A program made the translations under genes and the position numbers. The notes below the pieces were generated by a model, which was not told the origin of the DNA, made no database searches, and was given only the letters and a program-made list of their open reading frames with translations. A stretch of 64,000 nt of DNA from Spirochaetota bacterium (GTDB taxonomy: Bacteria > Spirochaetota > UBA4802 > UBA5550): assembly GCA_963664815.2 (NCBI GenBank), contig CAXXHB010000003.1, positions 2,976,001 to 3,040,000 on the forward strand, written 5' to 3'. Below, one piece after another: positions 10,372-21,295 of this stretch. The first letter of the stretch is position 1; each line of letters starts with the position of its first letter.

Positions 10372-11475
10372 TTATAACGAATTAAAAAAATTAATATACT
10401 CCCGTGCAATAATATCTATATCATATTTTTTAATATAATTAAAGCCGGTTTTTGACATCTTCCGCATCTTCACAGGATTAAAGAGAATAGAAACCATTTT
10501 ATCTGCAATATCTTCAGGTGATAATGGATCTGCATACTCAGGTATTTCGCCGAAGACTTCCGGAATAGCCCCTCTGCGGGAAGTCAGAACCGGAGTTCCG
10601 CAGGCAATAGCTTCAGCTATTATTAAGCCGAATCCCTCATGCAGAGAAGGTGCAACAAACAATTCAGCCTTCTGGTATAGTTGTATTAACTCATTATTTG
10701 AAACAAAACCCTTAAAATGAATTCTCCTGTTTACAGATTCAGGCAGTGATAATATTTTTTCAGACAGGTTACTGTTCTTCCACCCGGACGCCCCTACAAT
10801 AACAAGATCATGCTCAATTTTATCTGCAGCAAATTCAAAGGCCCGGATTAAGGAGATAAGATTCTTTCTTGGCTGAAGTGTGCCTACAAAAAGAATAATT
10901 TTTTTCTTTTCAGAATGTTCTGACCGCATATATTTTTTTAAATCAATACCGCAATTAATAACTGAAATTTTATCCGCTTTTATCGATAAATATTCCACCA
11001 TTTCATGTTTTGAATAATCGGAGATTGTCGTGAACGTATCAGTTTTCCTAATAGATAAAGGTAATAAAAAATTATAAAATACTTTATTGTTTGTTGAAAC
11101 CGTCTCCGGTAAAACTTTAAAAACTACATCAAGTATTGTCGCGCATGTCTTTATTCTTCCAGGTAAAGTTACCGGTATGTATTCTCCGCCACCCCAGAAT
11201 ATCTCCACATCATTTCTTAAAATTGCTTTTCTTAAATTTAAACTTTGCAGCCACAATCTTCTTGAAGAAAAAAACGATTCGACAATTACTATTTTAAAAT
11301 TTTTATTTTTTAATATTTCTTCTGCAATTATTGAATGATAAACTGCCGGCGTAAAAAGTATATATTCGTTTTTATCATCTATTTTTGATATGCCTAGAAG
11401 AACATCCAGAACATTATTGCCAATACCGGTGTTGTTTTCCATTGAAAGATAAAATGCATCAATACCTAATTTCAT
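10372..11475 (-). CDS. GT4 glycosyltransferase
   Basis: FVGTLQPRKN, PSLHEGFGLIIAEAIACGTPV. Confidence 0.92.
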   Translation of the reverse strand: MKLGIDAFYLSMENNTGIGNNVLDVLLGISKIDDKNEYILFTPAVYHSIIAEEILKNKNFKIVIVESFFSSRRLWLQSLNLRKAILRNDVEIFWGGGEYIPVTLPGRIKTCATILDVVFKVLPETVSTNNKVFYNFLLPLSIRKTDTFTTISDYSKHEMVEYLSIKADKISVINCGIDLKKYMRSEHSEKKKIILFVGTLQPRKNLISLIRAFEFAADKIEHDLVIVGASGWKNSNLSEKILSLPESVNRRIHFKGFVSNNELIQLYQKAELFVAPSLHEGFGLIIAEAIACGTPVLTSRRGAIPEVFGEIPEYADPLSPEDIADKMVSILFNPVKMRKMSKTGFNYIKKYDIDIIAREYINFFNSL

Positions 11476-11659
11476 AATAACTCCTTAATTCCCCCGGTTT
11501 TCCAGAAAAAATTCCCGGGATAAAAGATAATGAAATTCTGTTTTAAAATAACTTACATGAAAAGGATTATTTACTATATTTTCATTATACATAAATTGAA
11601 TCGTCCTGTTTGATTTACCCTTATTATTTACAGATTAATCTTTCTAAATCTTAATTATA

Positions 11660-12541
11660 TCACAATGATCTAATCGTTGTTGTACATATTTTCAATAACT
11701 GAAAACATCCATTGCCTCTGAAGCTGATTAAACGACGAAATAATTTCTGTATCAAACCGCTGAATGCAGGGATAATCCAGATATGCGGATAATTTTCCCT
11801 GAAAAAAAGAATCAGTCCTTTAAGTCCATGAATTTCCATAAACATATTGTCTCTAATACTTCTTTTAATCGAAGCACTTTCTTTATGGTATATTATTGAA
11901 CCGTTTGCTGTAACAAGATTATAACCGGCAGATTTAACACGGTATGAAAATGCCACATCCTCCCAATACATGAAATATCTTTCATCCAGCATACCAGCTG
12001 ACTTAATAATCTCCGCAGGAACAAAAAGACTGGCACCCATAATATAATCCAGCCTGTCATCTTCATTTTTACAAAAACTGGTAGATGCCCTGAAAAAAAG
12101 AAGAGTGCCGCCGCCAAAGGACTGAACAATTTCACTCCGGTTGTAATACTTTATAACAGAACCGCATATACACAGATTCCTGTTGTTTTTACATTTCTGC
12201 AGTAATGCAGAGTAGGTCTCCTTATCAATAACGGTATCATTGTTTAAAAGCCATATATATGCAACATCACTGGCCAGCGCATAATTAATTCCTTTATTAT
12301 TCCCCGCTGCAAAACCACTGTTTTCACTGTTTTTTATAAGATTATAAGAGTTCTTTTTTTTCGGGAAATTAATCCATTCTTCAATATTTTTAAGGGAATC
12401 ATCTTCAGATTTATTATCAACCACAATAACCAGCAAACCCACTGTATATAATTCCAGGCTTTCCAGACATTCGATGGTATCAATCCAGCCATTATAGTTT
12501 AATATAATTACTGCAGTTTCAATATCTTTTTTATTTATCAT
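11660..12541 (-). CDS. GT2 glycosyltransferase (rhamnosyltransferase-like)
   Basis: IILNYNG, VDNKSED, NSGFAAGNN, LLNNDT, YFMYWED. Confidence 0.9.
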   Translation of the reverse strand: MINKKDIETAVIILNYNGWIDTIECLESLELYTVGLLVIVVDNKSEDDSLKNIEEWINFPKKKNSYNLIKNSENSGFAAGNNKGINYALASDVAYIWLLNNDTVIDKETYSALLQKCKNNRNLCICGSVIKYYNRSEIVQSFGGGTLLFFRASTSFCKNEDDRLDYIMGASLFVPAEIIKSAGMLDERYFMYWEDVAFSYRVKSAGYNLVTANGSIIYHKESASIKRSIRDNMFMEIHGLKGLILFFRENYPHIWIIPAFSGLIQKLFRRLISFRGNGCFQLLKICTTTIRSL

Positions 12542-13793
12542 TATCAGACCAGGGATTAATCTGTGAGGGGAGAATTAAAAAAAACATATAAAAAATACTT
12601 TCAATCCACATTTCTGTAAATAACAAAAGATCATCAAAAAACTGGTGAGCAATAAAAGAGAGTGGTACAGCAATTAAAAAAACAAGCTGCCTGTTTTTTA
12701 CAGTATTGCTCATTAAATAAACTGTAAAAACAAGATATAACAGAAGACCAATTAAACCAAACTTGGTATCAATTGTAAAAAACATATTATGAAAATGGTA
12801 CTCAGGATGCAATGGATTGGTGACAGAAACAAAACCTTTTCCAAGGAAAAACTCCTTACCGGGGAAAATCTGACACTGATGATTGATGAAATCAATCCAG
12901 AAACCAGCCCTGTATGTTGTTCCCTGATTTACAAATTTAGCAACTACCCGTTCAATAATACCACCATTATACAATAATGCCAGAAAAATTACAGATATAA
13001 GCAGGTAAACAGCTGACTTCCGTTGATTTAATATATTCTTATTTTGCTTCAAAATAAGTAAACCGGCAATCGATATAAAAACTGCAAAACCGAAAATAGC
13101 ACCTCTTCCCACAGAGATCATAAGACAATAGATAAAAAATAGTCCCAAAACAATACTTAGAGCTTTAAGTATTGTTTTATTTTCATTTTTTTTATTAAAA
13201 ATAAAAAGTATAACCATACACTCTGCTCCAATCATCATCGTATAGCCATATAAATTAGTGTTTCTGTTCAACCCCTCACAAGAAATGTTTTTGAAGTAAT
13301 ATAAAAACGTTTGAGAGCTGTTCTCCAATACACCTATCACCAGACCACCAAAGGCATGAAATAATGCCCCGAATATAAATACAAATAGTATTATAAATAT
13401 ACTATCCCTTTTTATCTGTGCCGCACTGTTTTTTATTATTTCAAAATATGAAAACAACCCTATAAAAACAGCTGTAAACCTGACAGGAAAAAGAAGATTT
13501 TTATAATTCAAACCACCGGTAACCGACAGACTGGAAATAACTGCATAAACTGCAAAAAAAATAACCATATACTCGGGCAAATAAAGCCTTGTCTTGTCTT
13601 TGCTTTTATAAAGACGTAAAAAAAACAACCCGCCAAGACCGGCAAACATCAAAAGATTCCAGATTTTATGAAGTAAAAGATTTAAACGAATCTGCGGTAA
13701 TCCATATACTGACGATAGCAGAATGATAAAAATCAATAATATATTTGCAGAGTAAATCAGATTGAATTTTGTAATACTTTTATTTATATTCAT
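12531..13793 (-). CDS. O-antigen ligase / Wzy polymerase family membrane protein
   Basis: About 11-12 TM; SVGRGA, TYRAGFW, FLGKGF, HFHNMFF...FGLIGLLLY Wzy_C pattern. Confidence 0.8.
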   Translation of the reverse strand: MNINKSITKFNLIYSANILLIFIILLSSVYGLPQIRLNLLLHKIWNLLMFAGLGGLFFLRLYKSKDKTRLYLPEYMVIFFAVYAVISSLSVTGGLNYKNLLFPVRFTAVFIGLFSYFEIIKNSAAQIKRDSIFIILFVFIFGALFHAFGGLVIGVLENSSQTFLYYFKNISCEGLNRNTNLYGYTMMIGAECMVILFIFNKKNENKTILKALSIVLGLFFIYCLMISVGRGAIFGFAVFISIAGLLILKQNKNILNQRKSAVYLLISVIFLALLYNGGIIERVVAKFVNQGTTYRAGFWIDFINHQCQIFPGKEFFLGKGFVSVTNPLHPEYHFHNMFFTIDTKFGLIGLLLYLVFTVYLMSNTVKNRQLVFLIAVPLSFIAHQFFDDLLLFTEMWIESIFYMFFLILPSQINPWSDNDK

Positions 13794-14262
13794 TTTAAAT
13801 ACACTTAATTCTTATTTATATATACTGCCGGACAGCACTGCTTATTATATATTAAAATATTTAATTGCACGAAAAGTAGTTTTTCGTCTGATAATCCAGA
13901 TATAAAAGAATATATCCCATTTGTCAAACCACAATTGATGATATGCAGCTAACATGGCAGGAATTTGCTTCAATATTTTTTAATTTATTACTCTCCGGGA
14001 TTTTATTCTCAATGAATTATCGCTGTGACATGAAGAACATGAATATTTATAAAAATTGAATACAATTTCCGGATTTTATATAAAAAAAAGCTTTTCCTGT
14101 AACATTAAATTCTGATTTGTAATTCCGGTAATATAAAACATTCTTTAGAAATATTTTAAAAATATTATTACCGATTCTTACTTGACTATTCTGCCCTGTT
14201 AAAATAGTTTTAAAAAAATCTTATTTAAATTCACTTTTAATCACAAAGTCGTAAAATATCAC

Positions 14263-15438
14263 ATGGACTCATTAATGAAAAAAAATATACTTGTATTGAA
14301 CCAGAGCAAAATAATAGGCGGGGCTGAACTGGCTCTGAAAAATTTCATTGATGCCGATGATAAATTTATCTTTTTTATTCTGACAGATCCGAAAATTGCG
14401 AATCTCTACCATGGAATTAACAATACTTCAACAATATATACTTCAGGATATTTTAAAAAATATCCCTTTAAAAAGATACTGGATCTTGTCTCCGTTTTTC
14501 CTTTCATATATTCAATTATAAGAAACCTGATACTTATCAGCAGGATTGTCAGAACAAATCAAATTCATTTAATATATGGTAATAACAGTTATGACTGCAT
14601 CCTGGTCAGCCTCTACAGGTTTATAAATCCCGGAATAAAGACTGTTCAGCATATTCATGATACCCTCCCTAAAAAATCATTTCTGGCGGAGTGGATAAAA
14701 TTATTTATTAAAAAGTATGACCATATAATAGTCCCCTCCACCCATACAGATTCACATCTGAAATCAATTTTTGGAAACAACAGACCTGTCTCTGTAGTAC
14801 ATAATGGCATTGATTTCAATGAAATAAAAACAATTCAAAAAGAATCAAAACTCCTCAATAATTTAAAACTGGATAAAAACAGAATAATTATAGCCACAAT
14901 CTGCAGAATTGACAAAAATAAAAGGGTCGATATTTTTATTGAATCCCTCTGCAAACTGCAGCAGTTCAGAAATGACTTTACAGGAATTGTAGTGGGAGAA
15001 AGCGATGATGATGAATTATTAAAATCCCTGAAGATGAAAATAAAAAGCGCCAGGGTTCCGGTTTACTTTACAGGTTCAGTGCCATATGAAAATATTTTAA
15101 ACCTCTATAATAACATTGATCTGCTGATGATTAATAGTGATACTGAAACATTTTCTCTGGTGACAATCGAGGCAATGTCAAATAACTGCATAGTACTTGC
15201 CCGCAAGGTTGGTGGAATTAATGATATTATTCAGGACAATGTTAACGGATATTTTTATGATTATAATGCAGGCACTGATACAATTGCAAAAAAAATAAAT
15301 ACTTTATTACAGATGAGTTCTGCTGAAAAGAAAAAAATAAAGAAAAATGCACTGGAGCATGTTAAACAGAACTTTCAACATAAGCAAAAGGTAGAAAAAA
15401 TAAACGAAATTTTTTATGAGCTTTTAAACAATATATAA
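14263..15438 (+). CDS. GT4 glycosyltransferase
   Basis: IGGAE, HIHD, VVHNGID, RIDKNKR, ETFSLVTIEAM. Confidence 0.9.
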   Translation: MDSLMKKNILVLNQSKIIGGAELALKNFIDADDKFIFFILTDPKIANLYHGINNTSTIYTSGYFKKYPFKKILDLVSVFPFIYSIIRNLILISRIVRTNQIHLIYGNNSYDCILVSLYRFINPGIKTVQHIHDTLPKKSFLAEWIKLFIKKYDHIIVPSTHTDSHLKSIFGNNRPVSVVHNGIDFNEIKTIQKESKLLNNLKLDKNRIIIATICRIDKNKRVDIFIESLCKLQQFRNDFTGIVVGESDDDELLKSLKMKIKSARVPVYFTGSVPYENILNLYNNIDLLMINSDTETFSLVTIEAMSNNCIVLARKVGGINDIIQDNVNGYFYDYNAGTDTIAKKINTLLQMSSAEKKKIKKNALEHVKQNFQHKQKVEKINEIFYELLNNI

Positions 15439-15440
15439 CC

Positions 15441-16430
15441 TTACATTTTTGATTTAATATAACATGTAATTTTAAAAAAACGCTGAGAGATTCCGTACAT
15501 ACTTAAAAGCGGATAATTGTAAGTTTCAACCGATTTCTCAAGATTTTCCAGCATTTTTTCATAATTCTTCTGTGTATATGCATTGTATCCCGCAAATAAA
15601 TAGCTTTTTGATTTTCTTTTATGATAAAACATCATAGTTTCCTCAGTTTCAGCATTTTTGTTACTGAGTATCAGGTCATCAATTACGTTATACATGACAG
15701 GCAGCTCCATACTCTTGCTCCAGAAAGCGGAACCATTATTATTACTGATTCTATAGTTTAATAAAAATTCATTTATAATCGCAAGTTTAAATCCATCCTG
15801 CAGATACCGGACCCATAAATGGAGATCTTCATTTGATGGATATGCATCATTAAAGCCGCCCACCTTCAAATAAATGCTTTTCCGTGTCATAAAACTGGGA
15901 CAAACAAAAAAATTACCAAGTTTTAAAATCCACGGGTAAAAATCTTTATAATAACCTGTAATTAAATTGGTCCCTTTATTCATCAGAGAACTTTTAATCA
16001 GTTCGTTATAAATAGCCGGTTTAACATGTTTTCTATCAGGATAATACTGATACATTTTTACAAAAACTCCGCTGATTGAATTATCCAGCGATAATACAGT
16101 CAGCTGCTTCTTAATTATTTCCGGTTCATACAAATCATCCGCATGATATATAGCAATAAAATCCGATGTTGCTTTGTTTACAGCCGACTTGATATTTCCA
16201 CAATACCCTAAATTGAAGTCATTGCGAAAATATTTAATCCGGGGATCCTTCTCACAAAACATTTTAATGATCTCCCCGGTATTATCAGTTGAAGCATTAT
16301 CTGAAACAATAATTTCAATATTTTCATAAGTCTGTTTTATAAGACTTCTCAAAGTCTCTTCTATATACAAAGCACCATTATAAACAGGAATACAAATCGA
16401 AACCAACTGGTTATCATTCATTGAACACAC
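15441..16430 (-). CDS. GT2 glycosyltransferase
   Basis: VSICIPVYNG, SDNASTD, YHADD, NEDLHLW; alternative ATG at 16421. Confidence 0.9.
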   Translation of the reverse strand: MCSMNDNQLVSICIPVYNGALYIEETLRSLIKQTYENIEIIVSDNASTDNTGEIIKMFCEKDPRIKYFRNDFNLGYCGNIKSAVNKATSDFIAIYHADDLYEPEIIKKQLTVLSLDNSISGVFVKMYQYYPDRKHVKPAIYNELIKSSLMNKGTNLITGYYKDFYPWILKLGNFFVCPSFMTRKSIYLKVGGFNDAYPSNEDLHLWVRYLQDGFKLAIINEFLLNYRISNNNGSAFWSKSMELPVMYNVIDDLILSNKNAETEETMMFYHKRKSKSYLFAGYNAYTQKNYEKMLENLEKSVETYNYPLLSMYGISQRFFKITCYIKSKM

Positions 16431-16433
16431 CCT

Positions 16434-17954
16434 TCATATGATTTTCTTTTTTAAGAGTTTTATTTTAAATTCAGATTTCATATTGTCAGGAATTATTCTG
16501 TTGCAGAGAATCAGGTAAAAAGAAAAAATAATAATTCCTGACAATAACCGCAGATACCATTTATCAATATAGATCTGCTGCAAATAAGAAACCGGGACTG
16601 AAACAATAAATGTAGATAATACTATGAACAGAATTCTGAAATTATATTTTAACCTTCTGCCAGATTTTTTAAATATCATCAGTGGCAAAGCCCATTGAGT
16701 TACCAGTAAAGATCCGATTAACAAACCTGCCGCTACCCCGGCAATACCTGCAAACCTTATGAGAACAATCGAACTTGAAATAAAAATCAGAGCTTCACCC
16801 CAGCTGATTAAGGCAATACCCTTAGTATAATTAAAGGAGTTTACAACTACATAATTTAAATTTGAAAGGCAGGATGTAAATATCCATGCTCCCAATAAAA
16901 TCACGGTTAATATTCCTGCATAACCCTGATTCCCTACCCAGATATAAATAATGTCTCTCAAAAAGAGCATTCCACCCAGCCATATCCCGCCGCCAGCCAG
17001 TGCAGAAATAATAAAAAATGTTTCATACTTATTTACTAACCAATTCCAGTTTTTATCAGCGAACTCCTTCCCGTACAATGGCGCTGCGGATAAATTAATT
17101 GCAGTTAAAAATGTAAAAGCAAGAAAATAAAGCTTATATGTCAGCTGATACGGGGTTACACTGGCCACATCGATTGAATTGGAAATAATCAGGTTGCTGA
17201 TGCTTGAAGAAACCATGATGGCAATTCCATATAAACTGAGTCTTGCCCCGGTTATAATTATTGTACTATATGTATCGTCTATTGTGATATCAGAATCAGT
17301 TTCTATAAAGTCATATCTTCGAGAGAAAAAAAAGTGTGCAAAACATTTAAATATATTTACCAATAGCGTAACACATCCATAAATCAGAGCATACTGTACC
17401 AGATTCCCCCTGATATATATAACTATTAAAAGAGCAATAAACAATAAAACATTCAGCAGCGTATTAAAGATATTATTAATATAAGCTTTTTTATATGCAG
17501 CAAAACTGTTAGCCACTACACCAAACGGCAGATTAATCAGAAAAAATCCGATAAAAATAACTGCTGTTATTTTTGCTGTCGGGATTAACCTTACATCCAT
17601 TTTCCCCAGATATTGTATCCATTCCGGACGTATTGCATTAATATATAATATAATAAATAAAATTATAAGTGCAGCTGATACAACGACAACCAGACTTTTT
17701 CTGAAAATTCTTTTTTTAACTTCGGCGGAATTGTTTTTTGTCATCAGAATCCCGGCAGCAACATCTACTCCCAATCCTGAAACCGAAAGATATGCTGCCA
17801 ATGAAGTAATGATTGCCCAGACACCATACAACTCAACTTTCCAGTAGTTCAAGGCTACAGGAGCAGAAATAAACCCTACAATTGATGTAATAATGGTAAG
17901 GCCATACTGGGAAAATAAGTTGAATTTATAATGCTTCTTATTATCGTTTTCCAT
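16434..17954 (-). CDS. Wzx-type oligosaccharide flippase
   Basis: 506 aa, about 13-14 TM, ELYGVWAI motif in first loop. Confidence 0.85.
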   Translation of the reverse strand: MENDNKKHYKFNLFSQYGLTIITSIVGFISAPVALNYWKVELYGVWAIITSLAAYLSVSGLGVDVAAGILMTKNNSAEVKKRIFRKSLVVVVSAALIILFIILYINAIRPEWIQYLGKMDVRLIPTAKITAVIFIGFFLINLPFGVVANSFAAYKKAYINNIFNTLLNVLLFIALLIVIYIRGNLVQYALIYGCVTLLVNIFKCFAHFFFSRRYDFIETDSDITIDDTYSTIIITGARLSLYGIAIMVSSSISNLIISNSIDVASVTPYQLTYKLYFLAFTFLTAINLSAAPLYGKEFADKNWNWLVNKYETFFIISALAGGGIWLGGMLFLRDIIYIWVGNQGYAGILTVILLGAWIFTSCLSNLNYVVVNSFNYTKGIALISWGEALIFISSSIVLIRFAGIAGVAAGLLIGSLLVTQWALPLMIFKKSGRRLKYNFRILFIVLSTFIVSVPVSYLQQIYIDKWYLRLLSGIIIFSFYLILCNRIIPDNMKSEFKIKLLKKKII

Positions 17955-18001
17955 TTAATTCATTGATACCATATACCAGCAATCTATATTTTTTATTCAC
18001 A

Positions 18002-19000
18002 TTATTTAAGCAGTTCTCTTGCAACAACTTCAGCGAAACATTGAGGGGAAAAGGGATACATTTTGCTGCTTTCAAGAAAAGATTTAATATTGTTAAGATA
18101 TGAGCAATATTCATTCTCAGGCATATTATTTAAAAATTGATAGAGTTCTTCATATGAATTAAAATTATTTTTATCAATAAAACAGCCCCCTGGTATAAAA
18201 TCCTTTATATTTGACGCTCCCAGATATACCGGTACACATGCCGATACAAAACAATCAAAGATTTTTTCTGTAATATAACCTGTTATATCCAGAGCATTTT
18301 CATAGCAGATTGAAAACCGGTACCTGGATAGAACCTCTTTCTTTTCTTCAATTTTTCCCTTATATGATGGATAATATGGCGCAAATATTTTACGGAGAAC
18401 ATTAAATCTGTTTAAATATTTTGATAATCTCCCGGAAAAGCGTTTATCCCAACCCATTCCGTAGAGATCAAAATCTTCCGGATGATATTTTTCAAACCAG
18501 CGGATAGCCTTAATACGTTCACTGTAAAGTTCATTTGAAGCTTTTGCACTCTTATTACCCGATACTATAACACATAATTTCTCTTTTTTAACAGTTCCCG
18601 GAAATTCTTTATCCCATAAAACCGGGAAGGTATTAACTTTAATATACTTTATATTGTCTACAAGCCTGTCGTTCCATGTAAAAATCTTTTTAAAATACTG
18701 ATGATTATCAGTATTCCAGTTTTCTGGTTTTATAATATCGCTCTCAATGATTATCAAGTATGATTTTTCTATCTGATCTGATGTCGGAAGGTTTTCCGGC
18801 ATATCGCAATAAATCACAAGCTCCGATTCTGCGGGTTTATTTATATCAGATGTTGCAAAATCAATACTGTTTTTTTTTAATTCTTCTTTTAAAAGGTAAT
18901 AGTGATATAAACAGTTATCACGGTTAAGAATCTTATTATTTATATCAAAGATATTATTATTCGTATATGGATGTAGTACAAAAATTGAGGCTTTCTTCAT
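18002..19000 (-). CDS. GT10 alpha-1,3/4-fucosyltransferase-like glycosyltransferase
   Basis: YRFSICYEN...GYITEKIFDCF...VPVYLG signature. Confidence 0.88.
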   Translation of the reverse strand: MKKASIFVLHPYTNNNIFDINNKILNRDNCLYHYYLLKEELKKNSIDFATSDINKPAESELVIYCDMPENLPTSDQIEKSYLIIIESDIIKPENWNTDNHQYFKKIFTWNDRLVDNIKYIKVNTFPVLWDKEFPGTVKKEKLCVIVSGNKSAKASNELYSERIKAIRWFEKYHPEDFDLYGMGWDKRFSGRLSKYLNRFNVLRKIFAPYYPSYKGKIEEKKEVLSRYRFSICYENALDITGYITEKIFDCFVSACVPVYLGASNIKDFIPGGCFIDKNNFNSYEELYQFLNNMPENEYCSYLNNIKSFLESSKMYPFSPQCFAEVVARELLK

Positions 19001-20082
19001 TTTTCAATCTCCCTGAAAATATCCAGGAAACGCTTTTCATAAGTATAATTCTTCGTTCTCCTGTATCCGGCAATTCTTATCCTCTCTCTCTCCTCTTCAT
19101 TGAAAAGATAATATATAACCATTCTTTTCAGATCATCGATGTTGGAAAAAACAGAAATCTCGGTACCAATTATATAATAATCCTCAACACCTGGCGAGTA
19201 CTGAGATAGTTCAAAACCACCACATCCAGGTATTTCAAAATTGCGGGCCTTTATCTGTTCAACATTTTTCAAACTTCTGCCCGGAAAGAGGAAAGATTTA
19301 ATCATAAATAATTTACTTCGTAATTGAGAAAAAAGTGAATCTTTAAAACCAAACACAACAAAAGTCATAATTATTTTTTTCAACAAATACTTCCGATACC
19401 TGTAATCAACCGGTATTGAGTTGGAGAGATTAAGATTGATTTTAGAAGCTTTAAATATTTCATTCATCTCACTGAAGGATACACGGCCATTTTTCCACCC
19501 GGTCCCGAAGCAGATAACATCAATGCCGCTTCTTTTTAATTCATAAATTATCCACTCCCGCGTAAGATTTTTACCTCCAACAAATGTAATATCGTATTTA
19601 TAGCTAACTTTTTTTATATCATTCTCTTCAGTGAGAAAATGAGTGGCCCACTGGGACAGGATCACATTTTTACAACCAAACTTTTTATAATCAACTATGC
19701 TGAACTTATCTACTGTAACCGAATATGTAAGCAAAGGTGCGATCCGAGATGTAAAGGAATTAAACCTCCATTGATCATCACAGAACCAGTTTACAGTTTT
19801 ATATTTTTTATTAAGAATTTTCAGGGTGTTTGAAGTAATTTCATTATTCATTAATACAAAGAAAATATAAACAGGATTTAATTCTTCAGCCCTGGCGATA
19901 AGCCTCTCCTGCAGTAAATGGATATCATGCGGATATCCATTATCTTCAAGCCAGAAGGTTGATACATCAGCACCAGCTTTCTTCATCGCCGGCAAAAAAA
20001 CGGCTTTTTCTATTGATTCTCCTCTATCTATAAATCCATAGTCATACTTTAAAAAAGCAGCTAAAATCAGCATTTTATACAA
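18997..20082 (-). CDS. CgeB-like (Glyco_trans_1_2) glycosyltransferase
   Basis: NWFCDD, DITFVG, SKINLN, KARNFEIPGCGGFEL. Confidence 0.8.
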   Translation of the reverse strand: MYKMLILAAFLKYDYGFIDRGESIEKAVFLPAMKKAGADVSTFWLEDNGYPHDIHLLQERLIARAEELNPVYIFFVLMNNEITSNTLKILNKKYKTVNWFCDDQWRFNSFTSRIAPLLTYSVTVDKFSIVDYKKFGCKNVILSQWATHFLTEENDIKKVSYKYDITFVGGKNLTREWIIYELKRSGIDVICFGTGWKNGRVSFSEMNEIFKASKINLNLSNSIPVDYRYRKYLLKKIIMTFVVFGFKDSLFSQLRSKLFMIKSFLFPGRSLKNVEQIKARNFEIPGCGGFELSQYSPGVEDYYIIGTEISVFSNIDDLKRMVIYYLFNEEERERIRIAGYRRTKNYTYEKRFLDIFREIEK

Positions 20083-21280
20083 TTACCTCTTCAAACGCTT
20101 TAACAATTGTTTTAAGATCATCTATGGAAAGATACTGATGACACCCTATGTAAAAAGCATTGTTGCCAATATAATCTGCATTAGGAAGCTTTTCGTTATA
20201 AATTGTCTTGAAATCCTTATAGGCTGGCTGCTGAGTGGGGATACTTAAAAAAATCGGACGGGATTCTATCCCTTTTTTAAGAAGTGCTGATCTTAGATCT
20301 TCACGCTTTATTTTAGAAGATGGTCTTACAATTATCGGATATGCCAGATAGCTGTAGTCCTCAGAATATTTTGGCAAAATAAGTGAACCGGAATATTTTG
20401 ATAAATGTTCATTAAGAAATTTAACATTAAACTGCCGTTTCACTATTATCTCATCAAATTTTTTAAGCTGCAGCAGACCAAGAGCGGGCTGGAACTCAGT
20501 GGTTTTAAAGTTATACCCGATAAATTCATGTAAAAACCGGGGATCATGTTCCATTTCAGATTTTGGACATATACCTTTTGGACGGGTACATACAGGGCAT
20601 TCACAAACACGGCCATTGGCCTTTATCTTCTTAATATTCTTATAAATTTTTTCATCATCCGTTACGACAGCTCCCATTTCACCAACCTGAATATTGTGGG
20701 CAATATAAAATGAATAATCTGCAAGTAGTGAGAGTGTCCCGGTATTTTTACCTTTATATTTTGTGCCATGAGCCTGCGCAGTGTCTTCAAAAGTAAGAAG
20801 ATCATATTTTTTTGCTATTTCATTTATACGATCCATATCAGCAGGATACCCCATAAGGTGTACCGGTAGAATTATACAGTATTCATCTGGATTACTTTGA
20901 GAAAGTAACAATTCCACCTGGTCTGCAATAATATCGAATGTTTCCAGATGAACATCAACATATACAGGTTCAAGGCCAACCAGCTTTATAGCATTAGATG
21001 TTGCAATGTAAGTCGTCGGTGTAGTAATAACCTTTGCTCCCTTCCTTACCTTTGGGAATCTGTCATCATATAGCAGAGCAGTCAAGCCGGCAATAAGAGC
21101 TGATGTTCCGGAGTTAACAAGAACACAATATTTTGTTCCTATAATTTTAGAGAATTCTCTTTCAAAATTTAAAACAAACTTTCCTTCAGATACACGTCCT
21201 GTTTCGAGTACCTCCATTACTGCTTTTTTCTCTTCATCACCTATTATATAATCACCGACCTGAATCATTTTTTTTAACAT
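20075..21280 (-). CDS. DegT-fold PLP enzyme with His at the catalytic Lys site; putative NDP-4-keto-6-deoxyhexose 3-dehydrase (ColD/E1-like)
   Basis: VNSGTSAL, SFYIAHNIQVGEMG (H aligns with K of aminotransferases), CECPVCTRPKGIC loop, GYNFK. Confidence 0.75.
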   Translation of the reverse strand: MLKKMIQVGDYIIGDEEKKAVMEVLETGRVSEGKFVLNFEREFSKIIGTKYCVLVNSGTSALIAGLTALLYDDRFPKVRKGAKVITTPTTYIATSNAIKLVGLEPVYVDVHLETFDIIADQVELLLSQSNPDEYCIILPVHLMGYPADMDRINEIAKKYDLLTFEDTAQAHGTKYKGKNTGTLSLLADYSFYIAHNIQVGEMGAVVTDDEKIYKNIKKIKANGRVCECPVCTRPKGICPKSEMEHDPRFLHEFIGYNFKTTEFQPALGLLQLKKFDEIIVKRQFNVKFLNEHLSKYSGSLILPKYSEDYSYLAYPIIVRPSSKIKREDLRSALLKKGIESRPIFLSIPTQQPAYKDFKTIYNEKLPNADYIGNNAFYIGCHQYLSIDDLKTIVKAFEEVIV

Positions 21281-21295
21281 ATATTCCCCTTCAAC

